Below are positions 36,601 through 48,300 of a stretch of 64,000 bases of DNA, piece by piece (position 1 is the first letter of the stretch; every line of letters begins with the position of its first letter). A program made the translations under genes and the position numbers. Origin of the DNA: Anthoceros angustus (taxonomy: Eukaryota > Plantae > Anthocerotophyta); NCBI GenBank assembly GCA_010909165.1, contig MU008151.1, positions 1,054,001 through 1,118,000 on the forward strand, in the 5' to 3' direction. The notes beneath the pieces are model-generated. The model worked only from the letters and a program-made list of their open reading frames with translations, did not search any database and was not told where the DNA came from.

Positions 36601-37673
36601 CTTCCATAACCAAGAAGCCCGAAAGAAAACGAGCTGGCTAAGTGTCTTTACTTTGACTAACTTGAAACGGCATTATATAGGTCGCTTGAAAGACACGAAG
36701 ACCAAAGAGTCGACCAAAGTGTAACAACTCCATCGCCAAGGTACCATAGCATCCAAGTGTTATCTTTTCTCCTTAGGTGGCCTCAAACAGTTCGTGGTCG
36801 AGGTTTGGTTTATGATGCGGTTCGCTAGCTTTCGTCATTGTTTAAAACCTTTGCGCTTACATTCTTAAAGTAGTTTTTATCCTCACATCCATAAGTTTAA
36901 AGTCGCCAAGATGCCCAGACGATGTCGAAATCTAACAACAAGTTATCGATTGTTTCTATGTACGGCTCGGGCCCCCGAAGAGCCCGCCGATAATCGCTTG
37001 CGTTCTAGGCATTCAAAACGTCTGACTTTTCTATCAGAGAGAAGTGACCGACAAGAATAAAGTAGCCGCAAAACATTATAGCTTTCACCCCGACGATGTA
37101 AGGCAACGCAGTACCTTACAAGTTTTCTTGCATCAAGGTTGCAACAGTTTCCAACATTTTCCAACGCGTTTGTAGGTTTCAGAGAGCCAAAAGGAGTTAT
37201 TCGCACTCTTTGAGGTTAGTGCATGAAATGAAAATGAATTTGGATTCTAATTTAAGACATGTTCGCTCAGAAATATTCTCGTATGGATGAAATCGATAAT
37301 TTTTCCATCCACGCCTGTGGAAGATAATTAGAAAGTTGTAGTAAATAGTTAAGAGTATCCAAGTGAATTGTGAAAACTGCTATTACGTTAAAACCAAGCA
37401 TATAGAAATGTAAAGGTGCTTTCATCGAGAAAGAGGAAAAGAATTATAAGCCTAATTCCAAGCAACAACCGAAGAGATTTCGAATGCATCTCTGCCCCGC
37501 CTCCCGCCTTGGCAGGCAGGCACAAGTGAGAAGGTTCGCCCTGCCCCGCCCCTTATGCTGTGACTTCTACTCCGGACGTTGTCGGGATAAGACGGTTTGG
37601 AACGTCCCAGCCTCTGCTCACTAACGGCCTCGACTGCTTTCTACTGTGACGCCCATGCTTGTCTGCTCCCTCA

Positions 37674-38194
37674 ATACTTGTTCACCTCTCTGCTCACCCT
37701 CGCTTCTCCTAATCAGCCAAGCTCCTATGGACAAGATGCTCTCCACTTCCATCAGACGACAAGCAGAAACAGACCGGGCCGAGATGTTCTCTCTAAGTAA
37801 GTGACAACATCGTAGGCGTGCAGCATCGCAATGAGGAGATATCTTGAGAGGATCAAGCAGCCTGCATCAATGCCCTTTTCAAGATTGCACTGCCTGGCTA
37901 CATGTTCGCTTTTGCCATGCCCAATCGCCAAAATGACCATAGCATCTGCAACCACCAACCAAGCTTAGGTTAATCTGCAACAAAGTAAGAAGGCCTACAT
38001 GCTTTAAATTGACTAGTTTGCCCCATCCGGACTAACACTAATGTTCCTTTTGTGGCACCGAAACCTGCATCGAAGCATCCAATCGCTAATGCAACATGAG
38101 GCAAGAAGGTCGCATAAAAAGGTATCGTGGACCATATCATCACCTGATGTAGAAGTGATAGTATTTGTCGATGTTTGTAGACTCGGCTTTGCCT
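37674..38194 (-). pseudogene. Sola-like transposase copy 2, catalytic core
   Basis: KYYHFYI..DDMVHDTF, DGA.SQFKACRPSYFVAD, MLWSF..GHGKSEH, AILKRAL. Confidence 0.75.
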
Positions 38195-41100
38195 TGACAC
38201 CGTTTAGAGCTCGCCTCAAAGGCTACACTTATCCCACGGTCGTTGAACACGAGGTTCGATCCCAAGAGATTTGGTTCGGATTGCTACAGTCGCTCCTCAC
38301 TCTCTCACTCTCATCACCCGCCTCGCCTACTTGTCCTCGGCAACAAACCGTGTGGTGCGGTTCTGGGTTATCTCGCCCACGCCTCCACGCCTGTGATTCC
38401 TCTCCACCCCAACACTCTCCTATGCCAATTACAACGATCAATTCATCTACAACGACACACCATAGCCAACCTCTTCACCATTCTCAAAAGAAACATAGCT
38501 CACAAATCATCACATACAAACTCACTCATTCGATCCCAAATCTAACTCTCAACGCTCGCTAGCGCACGCCTCCCTTGCAAACGCCTGGGTGACGACTATG
38601 GTATTTCTCTCGGCCGATCACGTACGAACACCGACGCGGCGTAGTCGAGCGCTACCACCGCAGAGGCCAACCCAACAAAGAACACAAAGCACATCCAACA
38701 ACAATCTTTCACGAGAGGAGGACTCTGCTGAGCGAACCCACCGCGAGGGGCCTCCGACCGAACCCCACCCTTCTCGCCTCGCTTGGACGATCACAATCGA
38801 CGCACACAAAGGGATGCGCCAAGAGACGAAGAATGCATGACAAAGCAAGGTCTGTGTTTATTCATTCTTCCACCCTCCCTTTTATAGGTGGGGAGTCGAT
38901 CGCCACTCTAGTTTAATGCTAGGGCGACTTGCCAAGTCCAACAATAGGATCCTTGTCGCCCCTTGCAGTCATCCTCTCGCCTTGGTCCACCACCTTGACC
39001 GTAATATCCTATGTCTACCGCCGCCACTCTTAAATACTCACACTTCCCAAGGTGTGCACCACTTGGGACAAAACGTCCCTAGAAAAGGTCCCACTGACAT
39101 CCCACGTCACGCTTCTTGTTCGCCTCGCAGCCTTCAATGTCTTCCCTTCGATGGGTCGCGGCCTTGCCTCCTCCAGGAGTCTTCACCAGACTCCCTCGGT
39201 AGCCGCCACGCCCCCCTCGGTGGTAGGTCCTCCACTGGTAGGAGGTTCCATTCCTCCCCACTGCTGTCCTCGTAGGTTCCTCCCCATCGTCTTCTTGGTA
39301 GGCGGTCTGCCCCCTACCACTGCTCGATCTCGCTATGGGGGTTCCTTCCTCACACTGGTTTCAGACCGGAGGTACCCTCCGGGGTCACCTCCTCCTCATC
39401 AGCAGTTCCTACCTGAGTAGGAACCTTGGTAGGTACCACCCTACCATCAATCTCCTCCTCCCCTTGATGATAGCTCCACCGCCCCTGGAGGTCCCATCGC
39501 CGAGGTGCTTCTTGACTTGTTTGTTTGGCTATGTCCGCTTTTCCTTGTACCAATCAAAGTTTCAAATTTCCGTGGCCATTCCACTTGGTGTCGTAATGAG
39601 GTCTGCTTTCTTCGCCTTCCTCACCGTAGGCTTCCTCAATCGCCTAGGAGGTTGTTGTATAGGTCGCCACCCTACCACTCTCCTTCTTTGTGCGCCCATG
39701 ATGCGGACCCTTAGTGGGATGACGACTCGTCCCACCCGGCCCGATTTGTCACTCCTACCAATGCGGCCTTTCTCCACTACCGCCCTCCAACCTGTGGCAA
39801 GTCTCCCAATCTCCTTATCTTCTCCATGGCTTCCATCGCCATGCGTTTCACTATGGCGCAGCCTACCGCTCCTCGAATGACCAAGACCTCCAAAGATCCA
39901 TTAAAACTTCCTTCCGCAGTTCCTTGCCTCCGCCTCATAGGCGTGGTAAGGTCGTCCCTTCTGCGTTGCTCCAAAAGTTCTCTCGTAATGAAGCTCCTCT
40001 TTGTGACCCTTGGTCACATTGTCCCATCCTTGTCGCCTTCACCAAGTCGTCGATTTTCCCTTGTAATGCTCCTTCCGTTGCTCCATGGCAACTAACTTCT
40101 TTCGTAGGAGGTCCTTCTCGCCTTCAAGGTCCCGGCCTTGTTAGCCGAGATGCCGCCTCCTCCTGCTCGAATGCCTCCTACCCTTGCTAGCTTCCAATTT
40201 CTTCCGCCTCCTTCCCGGCTTTCCAACTCTCACCCTCTTGGCTGATTTTGCCTCCGTAAGACCGGTCAATCATTTCCCACACATTCACCAACTTGGTCAT
40301 CCCGTCGCTCTTTGGCCGATCTAGCACGGAGTGTTGCTTCTGAGGTGGTTTCGAGCTCCTCTCAATTTCTTCTGGCCTCCTCCTCAGAGGTCTCAAGTTC
40401 AAACGGCCACCTCCGACATTGTCCACTAGGGCGTCCATAGATCCCGCGCCCACTTCCTCACCAAGAACTCCGTAGGATGCCTAGCTCAAACACTTCCTAC
40501 CTCCTCCTGCTGGTGCGAGGTCACCAACGCCTCGGCTCTTCCCACACCTCCAGCAAGTCCACACGTTACCTCTTGGTAGGAGGTAAAGCTCACCGTAGGT
40601 CCTCCATCCTCCTGGTCCCACCAGGGGGTCTCTCCTACACCGGTGTTGTTGGCCTACCAATCCTCAACCTCCGTAGGTGGTCTCGTATCCTTTCCTCCTT
40701 CCTCCGTAGGAGGTCTTCTATGGCCTTCTTCTTGTTGGGTCTCGATCCCGAGGCCTCATGGTTCGGGGCGTGGCGGCCTCTTGCCCAGGGCCTCCGCCTC
40801 TGCTCTTCATCCTCTCGGGCTGGATGGCCCCCTTCCACTACCCTCACCGTAGTAGCTTCTATCTTGGCTTCTTCCACCGAAGAACCTCCTCCTCCGATAT
40901 AGGTGTACGAGGAAGGTAGAGACAAACCGATTCTTGCCCTCCATCCATCACCAAATGGTTCGTGCGCAATCACTGCTCATACGTAATGGTGGCCCAATCC
41001 ACCAACTTCCCTCGACATCTCATATATCATCATTAAATGGGAATTTCCTGTGCACGCCTTCCGCCACACGTTAGTCCCAGCCATATCTTGGCGAATAAAT

Positions 41101-42324
41101 TCCACTTCCGCCTCCTTGAACAAAGAGATCCTCCACCATTGCCTTGCGACCATACTTCCTCCTTCGAGGAACATACCCATAACCTCCTCCGGATCCGATT
41201 CTTGAGAATCAATCACGAATGATCCCTCCCTTGTGGGCTTCCTAGATCAACACGATCCCGGAAATGTCGTACCTTCCACATCCTGTGATGACTTTGACCG
41301 TCGCATCCTCCGAACCGTCCGCCTTGGTCACTCTCATTCGTCAAGACACTCGAACCAAGGGCTCGCAAAGTGCCACCTGTACCAAGCAGCCCATTCCATC
41401 TTCATCTCAGATAGCGAACGCCTCAAATCTCGAGGTGAAATTTGGAGCGCCTACACTAACTCGAATTGGGTGTTTCTTACCTTTCCCTTGGTGGGCGGTG
41501 GCGTGGAGGTTTCCCGTGGACTGCTCCCCGTCCTCACTATCTTACCATCCGCAGTGGGAGCACACACAAGGATAGCAGGATTGAGATTGGAGAGTAATCT
41601 ATCGTGCTAAGAGAGTGGAGAGCAAAGAGGTGGTGGTTTGGCAGCAGGGAAAACTTCCTGCCTCAACCCCGGCCTCACACAACCGAAGAGGTGGCCTTGG
41701 CCCCTTCAATCTCCCTCCAGCTTTTCCACCTTGCCCCACGCCTCGAAGCTCTTCCCCTCGCGCCTCCAACATCGCCTCCGCCGAGCACTCCACTTCGCCC
41801 CTGCGGACCCCCTCCAGACTCCTCTTCAAGAATAGCCAGCGGGCGGCGCTGCCCCGACGCCTTCGCGCTACGCCGCCTCGCAGCGCCTCCTGTCGCCCGG
41901 TTGCGCCCTCCCGCCACGCTGTAATCGATCAAGACGCCGCCTGCCGCCTTCGAGCGCAACTCCTTTCTCGCTTTGGCCGCCATCCGCTGTGTCACCAAAA
42001 CGCCTGCTCAAACCCTCAACTGTGATTTGCAGTACATGCAACCGCTTTAATGGCGCCTCCTCGATGGTCGCCATATGTCCGTTCAAAACCCTCAGCTATT
42101 TTCCATTTACAACTTAACTAGCCCTTTTGGCATATATAGCCATGCGTAACCTAAATAATCAAGGCCAAGGAACTTCCTATCCCCGAATATTCCTACTCCC
42201 CATGGTCCAAGGAATTATCATGCCCTATGTATACCTATCTACCCATGCTTCCTACCGTGTTGAACCTTCTACGAGTCTTCACTTAAGCCCCGAACTCCCT
42301 GGACGTCCGAATCTACTTCCCACA
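38195..42324 (-). mobile_element. 4,130-bp solo-LTR-like unit (family D) containing a decayed ORF
   Basis: Minus-strand termini TGTGGG...GGTGTCA. Flanks TGCCT/TGTCT (4/5 TSD match). TATA CTATATATG about 190 bp from the start. The 3' end CTTGGGATCGAA...AACGAC...ATAAGTGT resembles the ends of LTRs A, B and F. Confidence 0.65.
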
Positions 42325-42369
42325 TGTCTCTATCGCCTACCTACTTCCATCGCCCATGACCATGGCTGT

Positions 42370-45300
42370 GGCGCGACTACCGATGGCCACCGGCAGACAA
42401 TCCCAAGTTGTAGTAAGGAGTCTGCCCGAGAGAATGAAAAGCTTCGTCACGCTGTTCGACCGATCCTTACCTTGCGTCCACCTCAACTTTAACATACGCA
42501 ATCGCGCTTTGCGCCTAACTACTCAATATTCACCGAACAGCCCGGGCCAGGCCAAACGCTTAAGGACCCGCTTAAGGGCCCCAGATCGCTTCCGCACGCC
42601 ACTCCCCTCAAGTCCGCTCTCTCACCTCACCACGCCATCAACCTTGGAAAAGAACGCAAGTGGCTACACAGCCCCGACCTCCTAACCAGCCTCCGTCTCG
42701 GCTCAGACGCCTCCCGAGTTCCTCCGCTCACACGCTCGTCCGCCTGACGGCACCGCCTGACGAACACGGGTCCCGCCGCCTCCCCGCACACACCACCACA
42801 CGCTAGGGTCCGCTACCGTGACCTTGATCCTCTCCCGAGCCGCTGCGCCGGACTCGTGACTCACGCTAGAGAAGACACACAAAGGTCTCGCAAGAAACGC
42901 GATCAACACCAAGAGAAGATGATTTATTCAGTGTACCTCTTATACTACGCCCAAGTCGGCCTTTATTACACTATTCGATGGTGGCGCCAAGACGCCTAAT
43001 CGCCGCCTACCATCCTATTCCTCCTCCTATCTCCTTCGCTTCATGGGCCTGGAAGGTCCCGGTTCCTGGATTGGTGGTCCAATCTCCGTCTCGAGCTTGC
43101 GCACCTAATCGGATGATCCGCGAGGCGGACCCTTCCTCTTCCCGAACTCAGAAAGGCGGCCCGACGACCGCCACACACAACGCTGCCCCCTGCCCCCAAG
43201 GGGTCCCTCCCAGGGGGCCACCGACCGTCGCCTCCCCAGCCAGAAGCCTGAGGGACCTCCTTGCTTCCCGAGTCCTGGAGGTCCGGCCTCGACCCCGAGT
43301 CCGAACTGAGTCTCGCTTATTCCCGAGTCCGGCCGGGTCCGGCTCATCTCGGGGTTCGACCTCGTGGTCCGACCATTACCGGGTCCGTCCCTGACTCACC
43401 GCTAGGTCCTCATCCTTCCCCACCGACCTGTCTTGGGTCGGGTTCCTCCTTCCGCCTTCTGTGGCCGCCTATCCTCCCGGAAAGTGTGCGTGGACTTACC
43501 CCGAGATCTGCTGGCCGGCCCCGCCTCCTCGAGGCTCTTCTCCCCGCACGCTGCCTCCAAACAGGGCCACTAGGGTCCCCTGGCCCCCATGCCCTTCATC
43601 CCCTTCTCCTTCCTTCCGGGTCCGAACTTATTCAGTCCGGTCCCCAAGCTCCGGACCCCTGTCTGCGGACCTCTTCTGCTGGGTCCTCATCCCTTCCACA
43701 GACCCTTGTCTTGGGTGGGTTGGCTTCCTCCTTCCGCCCCTTCGGGCCCCGCCTCTATCCTCCGGCGGGTTGCGGTGGACTTACCACGAGATCCGTTGTA
43801 TTGGCGCGTCCTGCTCCTCCGAGGCTCTTCTCCCCATTCCGTCGTCTCCAAGCAGGGCCACTAGGGTCCCGTCTTTGTCCCCATGCCCTTCATCCCCTTG
43901 AGCCTTGGGGGTCCGTCCAGGTGTGGCGAGAGGCTTAAGGGGCTCGGCGTGGTAGTAGGCAAACCGAGTCAATTTGCCGGATTGCTTCCACATGTGCCCG
44001 AGCACCCGATACTCCTTCGCCATTGGTGCTCCGGAGTCGAGCGCAGTCCGCTTGGACCATCCCCCGCCAGTTCGTACCGGAGCCGGCCGACTCGCGAGGC
44101 CAAGGCCGCCTCGGCCACCTCCCCGCAACCGCTGTTCGCCCGCCCAGCCTCTGCTTCCGCCTCCGCCGCCAGCACTCGCGCAGCGCCTCCTTCCGCCTTC
44201 CTTAATCGACCAGCAGCCTTTTTCTCAAGGCCCAAAGGTTTCGCCTCCCCCTGCTTATCTCGGGAGCTCGCCATCTCCTCTCCAGTGGTCGCAACTCGCC
44301 TGATTGCGGCTTCGCCAGTCTCCATTTCGGCGACGCCCGCCTCTGCTCCATCGCCTTACTCCTCCGTCCGCCCAGAGCCGGAGCCGCTTATTCTCGCTCG
44401 TGGATCCGATCACGCCCGCAGACACCATTCCTCTCAATGGTAACTTGAGCCGCAGCCTGTGGTCTCTTGCGGTCTTCCATCTCCGCCGCCGCTCCACCTC
44501 ACGCAATCGACCCGGAGATCCTCCATCTCCTTGTCGGGCTTCCTTCCTCTCTGGCATGGCCGCCTCGCCTCCGCCCCCGCCTCCTTCTTCTTCGTGTTAG
44601 CTGCCTATCCTCGCCTCCTCCACCCGCACGATAGTGATCGCGGCTTTCTTAGCCAAGCCTCCGCTTTCACTGGCTTGGCGGTCCACCGCCCCCGCGAGCC
44701 TTCTCGCTTGCGCCGGCCTCGCCTCCGCCACTCTCCTCTCCTCGCAGAGGTCTTCACCGCTGGGCCTCTCAGGCTCGCTTCACCGCCACCCAAGGGAATT
44801 TAGTCCGTCCCGCCGAATGGACCAGACTTCGCCTCCGCTTCCTCTTCGATGCGGCCGAGAGCTTCGCCTTCCTCCTCGCCTCCCGGGCCGCCAACCGCCT
44901 CCCGAGGAGCACCATGCGCCTCCGGTGGCTTCTACCCCTGGGTCTTCGTCCCGCAGAGACTCAAAGCATACCGCCCATGACGGTAGCTGTGATCACTCTT
45001 CCACGGCCGCCACCGTGAGGCCCCAAAAGTCCGTGAGGGAGCGGGCATCTCACGGTCCGCCAAGGACCTCCACACCGCAGCCCCGAGTAAGTCCGACTGG
45101 TTCGACCTAATCGTCCCTTAGGTCCTCGATTGCCGAGGTCCCGAGCCACCCTCCTTGGCCCTCTTGGCCGCCAATTCCTTATTCGCCTCTCTTCCTGGGC
45201 CCTGAGGTGAGGGGTTCGAGCCGACTTGCCTCTCCCGGCGATGACTGCCCGTGGGTTGCCGCTGACCTCGCCTCCTTGAGGCCCCCTCGCCTTCTCACCG

Positions 45301-48300
45301 CCTCACCTGCGGGCAGGCAGGCACGGCCGGCGGCGGTGGCACCGCCTTCCGCCTCTTCGTGCCCGCGAGTTCCGGGCCTCGCCAGGTGCCGGGTGGTCTG
45401 CTGAGCCCGCCTCCTCCGTCAGACTGCTGCCCGGCTGGGCACAAGAGGAGGAAGGGATATCTTCCCACACTTCCCTAGGTGGTGAGGGGTCCGCCATGAC
45501 GCATGGAGTCCCAGATCCTTCCCGCCGCCTCCTGACCTGCTGGCCCTAGGGGTCGGGCCCCTCAGCGCCTTGCCCGCCCGTCCTGTAGGGCCGCCAACCC
45601 TTCCGAGCGCCCGCCTACTCCCCATCCTTCAGAGGTCGTAATGTCCCCATACATGGATCGTGTATGGGATAGTCCTGACGGAGGGCTTCGCCTCACCAGG
45701 GCCTCGTCAACCGGGCGAAGATGATCCTTCCCGCCGCCTTCTTGCCATGCAACGCATGCAGAACACCAAGAATTATCACCAAGGTGATCCACCTTGGTGA
45801 GCAAGTTCCGTGGACAATGATCCGGCACGCCTCACTTCCCGCTCCAGCAGTCCGACATCAACCAGCTGGTTGTCCGCCGCCCGGCCTCAAAGATCGCCGC
45901 CTGCCGCTCTATCTTCCCCGCCTTGAGGGGCTCTGACCGCCCCATCCTCCTCCGCGGTTGAGGCCGCCCCTGACCTCCAAGGTCCATCGCCTGATCTCCG
46001 GAGGTTCTTGACCGAACTTCTCACGCTAACATCTTCCGGCGAACTCCTGACCATTTCGTCAAACCTCCGTCACAAATTGTAGAACGATCTAGACTTGGAA
46101 ACCCCGTTGGATGTGCCCCAAGTGATTTTTTTGTTTTTGGCCGAGTGGTGTGAAAATAAGTCGATACGTAGTATTTATAGAAGAAATGCCTTGGCCTATG
46201 GTTTTTTTTCTTGTTTTGATTTTTAAGTTAGAAAATAAATGGTCCGAATTTGGTGTTCCTTGGCCCATGGACTTGGAATGTTCCTAAAAAGTCTATATAT
46301 GTGAGATAGGGGGTTGGAATAATTAGAGTGTGATAGGTCTATAAGTTTGGGGTCGACTGACCGCGAGTCGAATGAGTGTGGGGTTGTGGATTGGGATGTG
46401 GAAGCTCGAGAGGTAACAGAGTAGGGGAACCCGGGAAACTTAACCCTAGGAATGATGTCCGCTCAAACAACGGAGCGCAACGGCCCGGACGGAGCAAAGC
46501 CGGAGCGACGACGGCGACGAAGTCGAGCGCCCGGCGATCCGGGGAGGCGCGAGGCGCAACGAAGGGGGAAGGAGCTCAACCCCATTGCGCGACGCAGGAG
46601 GAGGAAGGCGCGACCGCGCCCTTGCCGAGGAGGTAGGAACCTGAGACCGACCCCGTGAAATTCGCAGCGAGGTGGCGTTGATTTGAGGCGCGAGACCGTG
46701 AAGACTGCGGAGAGGGATGGCGCAAGGTCACCACCGAAATTGTGCTTGCCCAATGGCCGAACATGGATCATTGGAAAGTTCGAGCTGGGAATCGTGAAGG
46801 AGTCAAGCCGGGTTTCATGGAAGAGCGGTGGAATTACATGAACTGGGACTGTGCAGAGTGTGCGCGCCACCGGACAAATACCAAAGGGGGATTTAGAGCG
46901 AAGCCAGGATTGGGACTGGAGTTGGTTAGAGGGTGTATGGGCGCAGAAGGAGGAGGCGGTTTGGTGATGGAGCCGCCCAGAAAAGAAGCACAAGCACCGC
47001 CCGTTAAAGCGGGCGAATTGCGAACCCAACGGGGTTGAGGGATTTGGCAACCAGCTTGATGGGTCCGGTGGTTCCTATGTTTCGCAGACAAGAAGCGATT
47101 ATTTGTCCGACCACTTGGCCGCTTCCTTCATGAAGTGGTCAAGGGCGAAAGATCGATTAGCGAATCTCTCGACAAGTTGTGTGAAGAGAGGTTGAACTGA
47201 TTTCCTCCGCCTCGGCCCTCTCTAATCTCACCATTTCGTCCATCCATCTTATGTTTACGCTAACCGCCCGCCGAGGTGGAGATTGTAGCCTCCTCCACAT
47301 GTGGAAGCCGCTAGGGAGGTGAATGGAAGGCGGAGGAGCCCAAGGAAAAATCGATAGCCGGGGAGCCTGGCGACAGTGCCTGAGGAGGAGAAGGAAATTC
47401 CCACCAAAGAAAAGAGGAAGACCGGGGTGAAAGGCGGGCATCAAATAAAAAGGTGAAGACGTCACCAGTCAAAAACGGGCCACATGAAAATGAAAGCCAA
47501 ACCATGGAGGTGGCGAAGAGGAGGCGCGATCCGAGGACAATTTTGTCGACCGGATGCGATGATGAATCAACTGAGGGTTTAGGGTCGACCTCGGCGGACC
47601 CTCCTCAAAGATGGGAAGAGATTTTCAAGGGGACTCCACCGGCAACAGAGGTGGATGCAACCGAATTGGTGAGGGTGCGCACCGGGGAGGAAAGTTCTCG
47701 ATGAGGGATGGCGTCGGGCCGCCACAACAAGTGGACTTGGTGAGCCGACCACGCCGATGATCCGCCCAAGCATTTGTTGGACTGCTTTAGCTCACCGCCT
47801 CAGGGCGACGGAGGAAGTGGTGAAGGCCAGTTTGATTTAAGAGGAGGCCAAGCGCAAGCAATCGGAGGAAGACAAGCGGAACCTAGAGGAAATAAGGGCC
47901 AAGATTCAAGAAGATTTGTGCAGTGGCCCAGAAGTTGCAAGCCATGACGAGCAGGAAGCACTCATGGCTCAAATTAAGGATGCCCAGACGAACCAGAGAT
48001 GCAGGGGAGTTGTTGCAGCCCGAGCGTGGAGGCGGCCTGGAAAAGGCCCATAAGCGGCGAGCGATATAAGCGGAGCGGATGAGGCACGGGCCGTAAAAGA
48101 CAAAGGGAAGGGAAGGGTAGCACGACCACGAGTAGCGGAAGGAACTACCGAGGAAGGAAGCAAAGAACCGAGGTAGCCGAAACCTCACCTACCAAGGTTC
48201 GAACGAACGACGGTGGAGTCCACTGTAGTCGAAACCGCCACATTGGCGCAACCAACCCGGAAGTGTGGGCGGGCGACGGTGGCGCCTGCGAGGACATAGG

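Larger units (their letters stand above)
32336..37673 (-). mobile_element. Non-autonomous Helitron2/Helentron-type (HLE2-like) element, 5,338 bp
   Basis: Inserted at T^TTT with no TSD. Starts TGAGGGAGCAGAC and ends GACGTTACG. 9-bp asymmetric inverted repeat: AGGGAGCAG 32389-32397 versus CTGCTCCCT 37663-37671. Hairpin 32341-32368 lies 5 nt from the 3' end. Confidence 0.7.

Noticed and set aside
32388-37673. PIF/Harbinger or hAT element with GGGAGCAG TIRs and TTA/TCA TSD
   Set aside because: The host transposase frame is restored only if the extra ~53 bp with the hairpin is also removed, which gives asymmetric repeats and no TSD.
43261-45110. Long plus-strand P/S/R-rich ORFs as genes
   Set aside because: They are antisense shadows of the GC-rich decayed minus-strand family E ORF.
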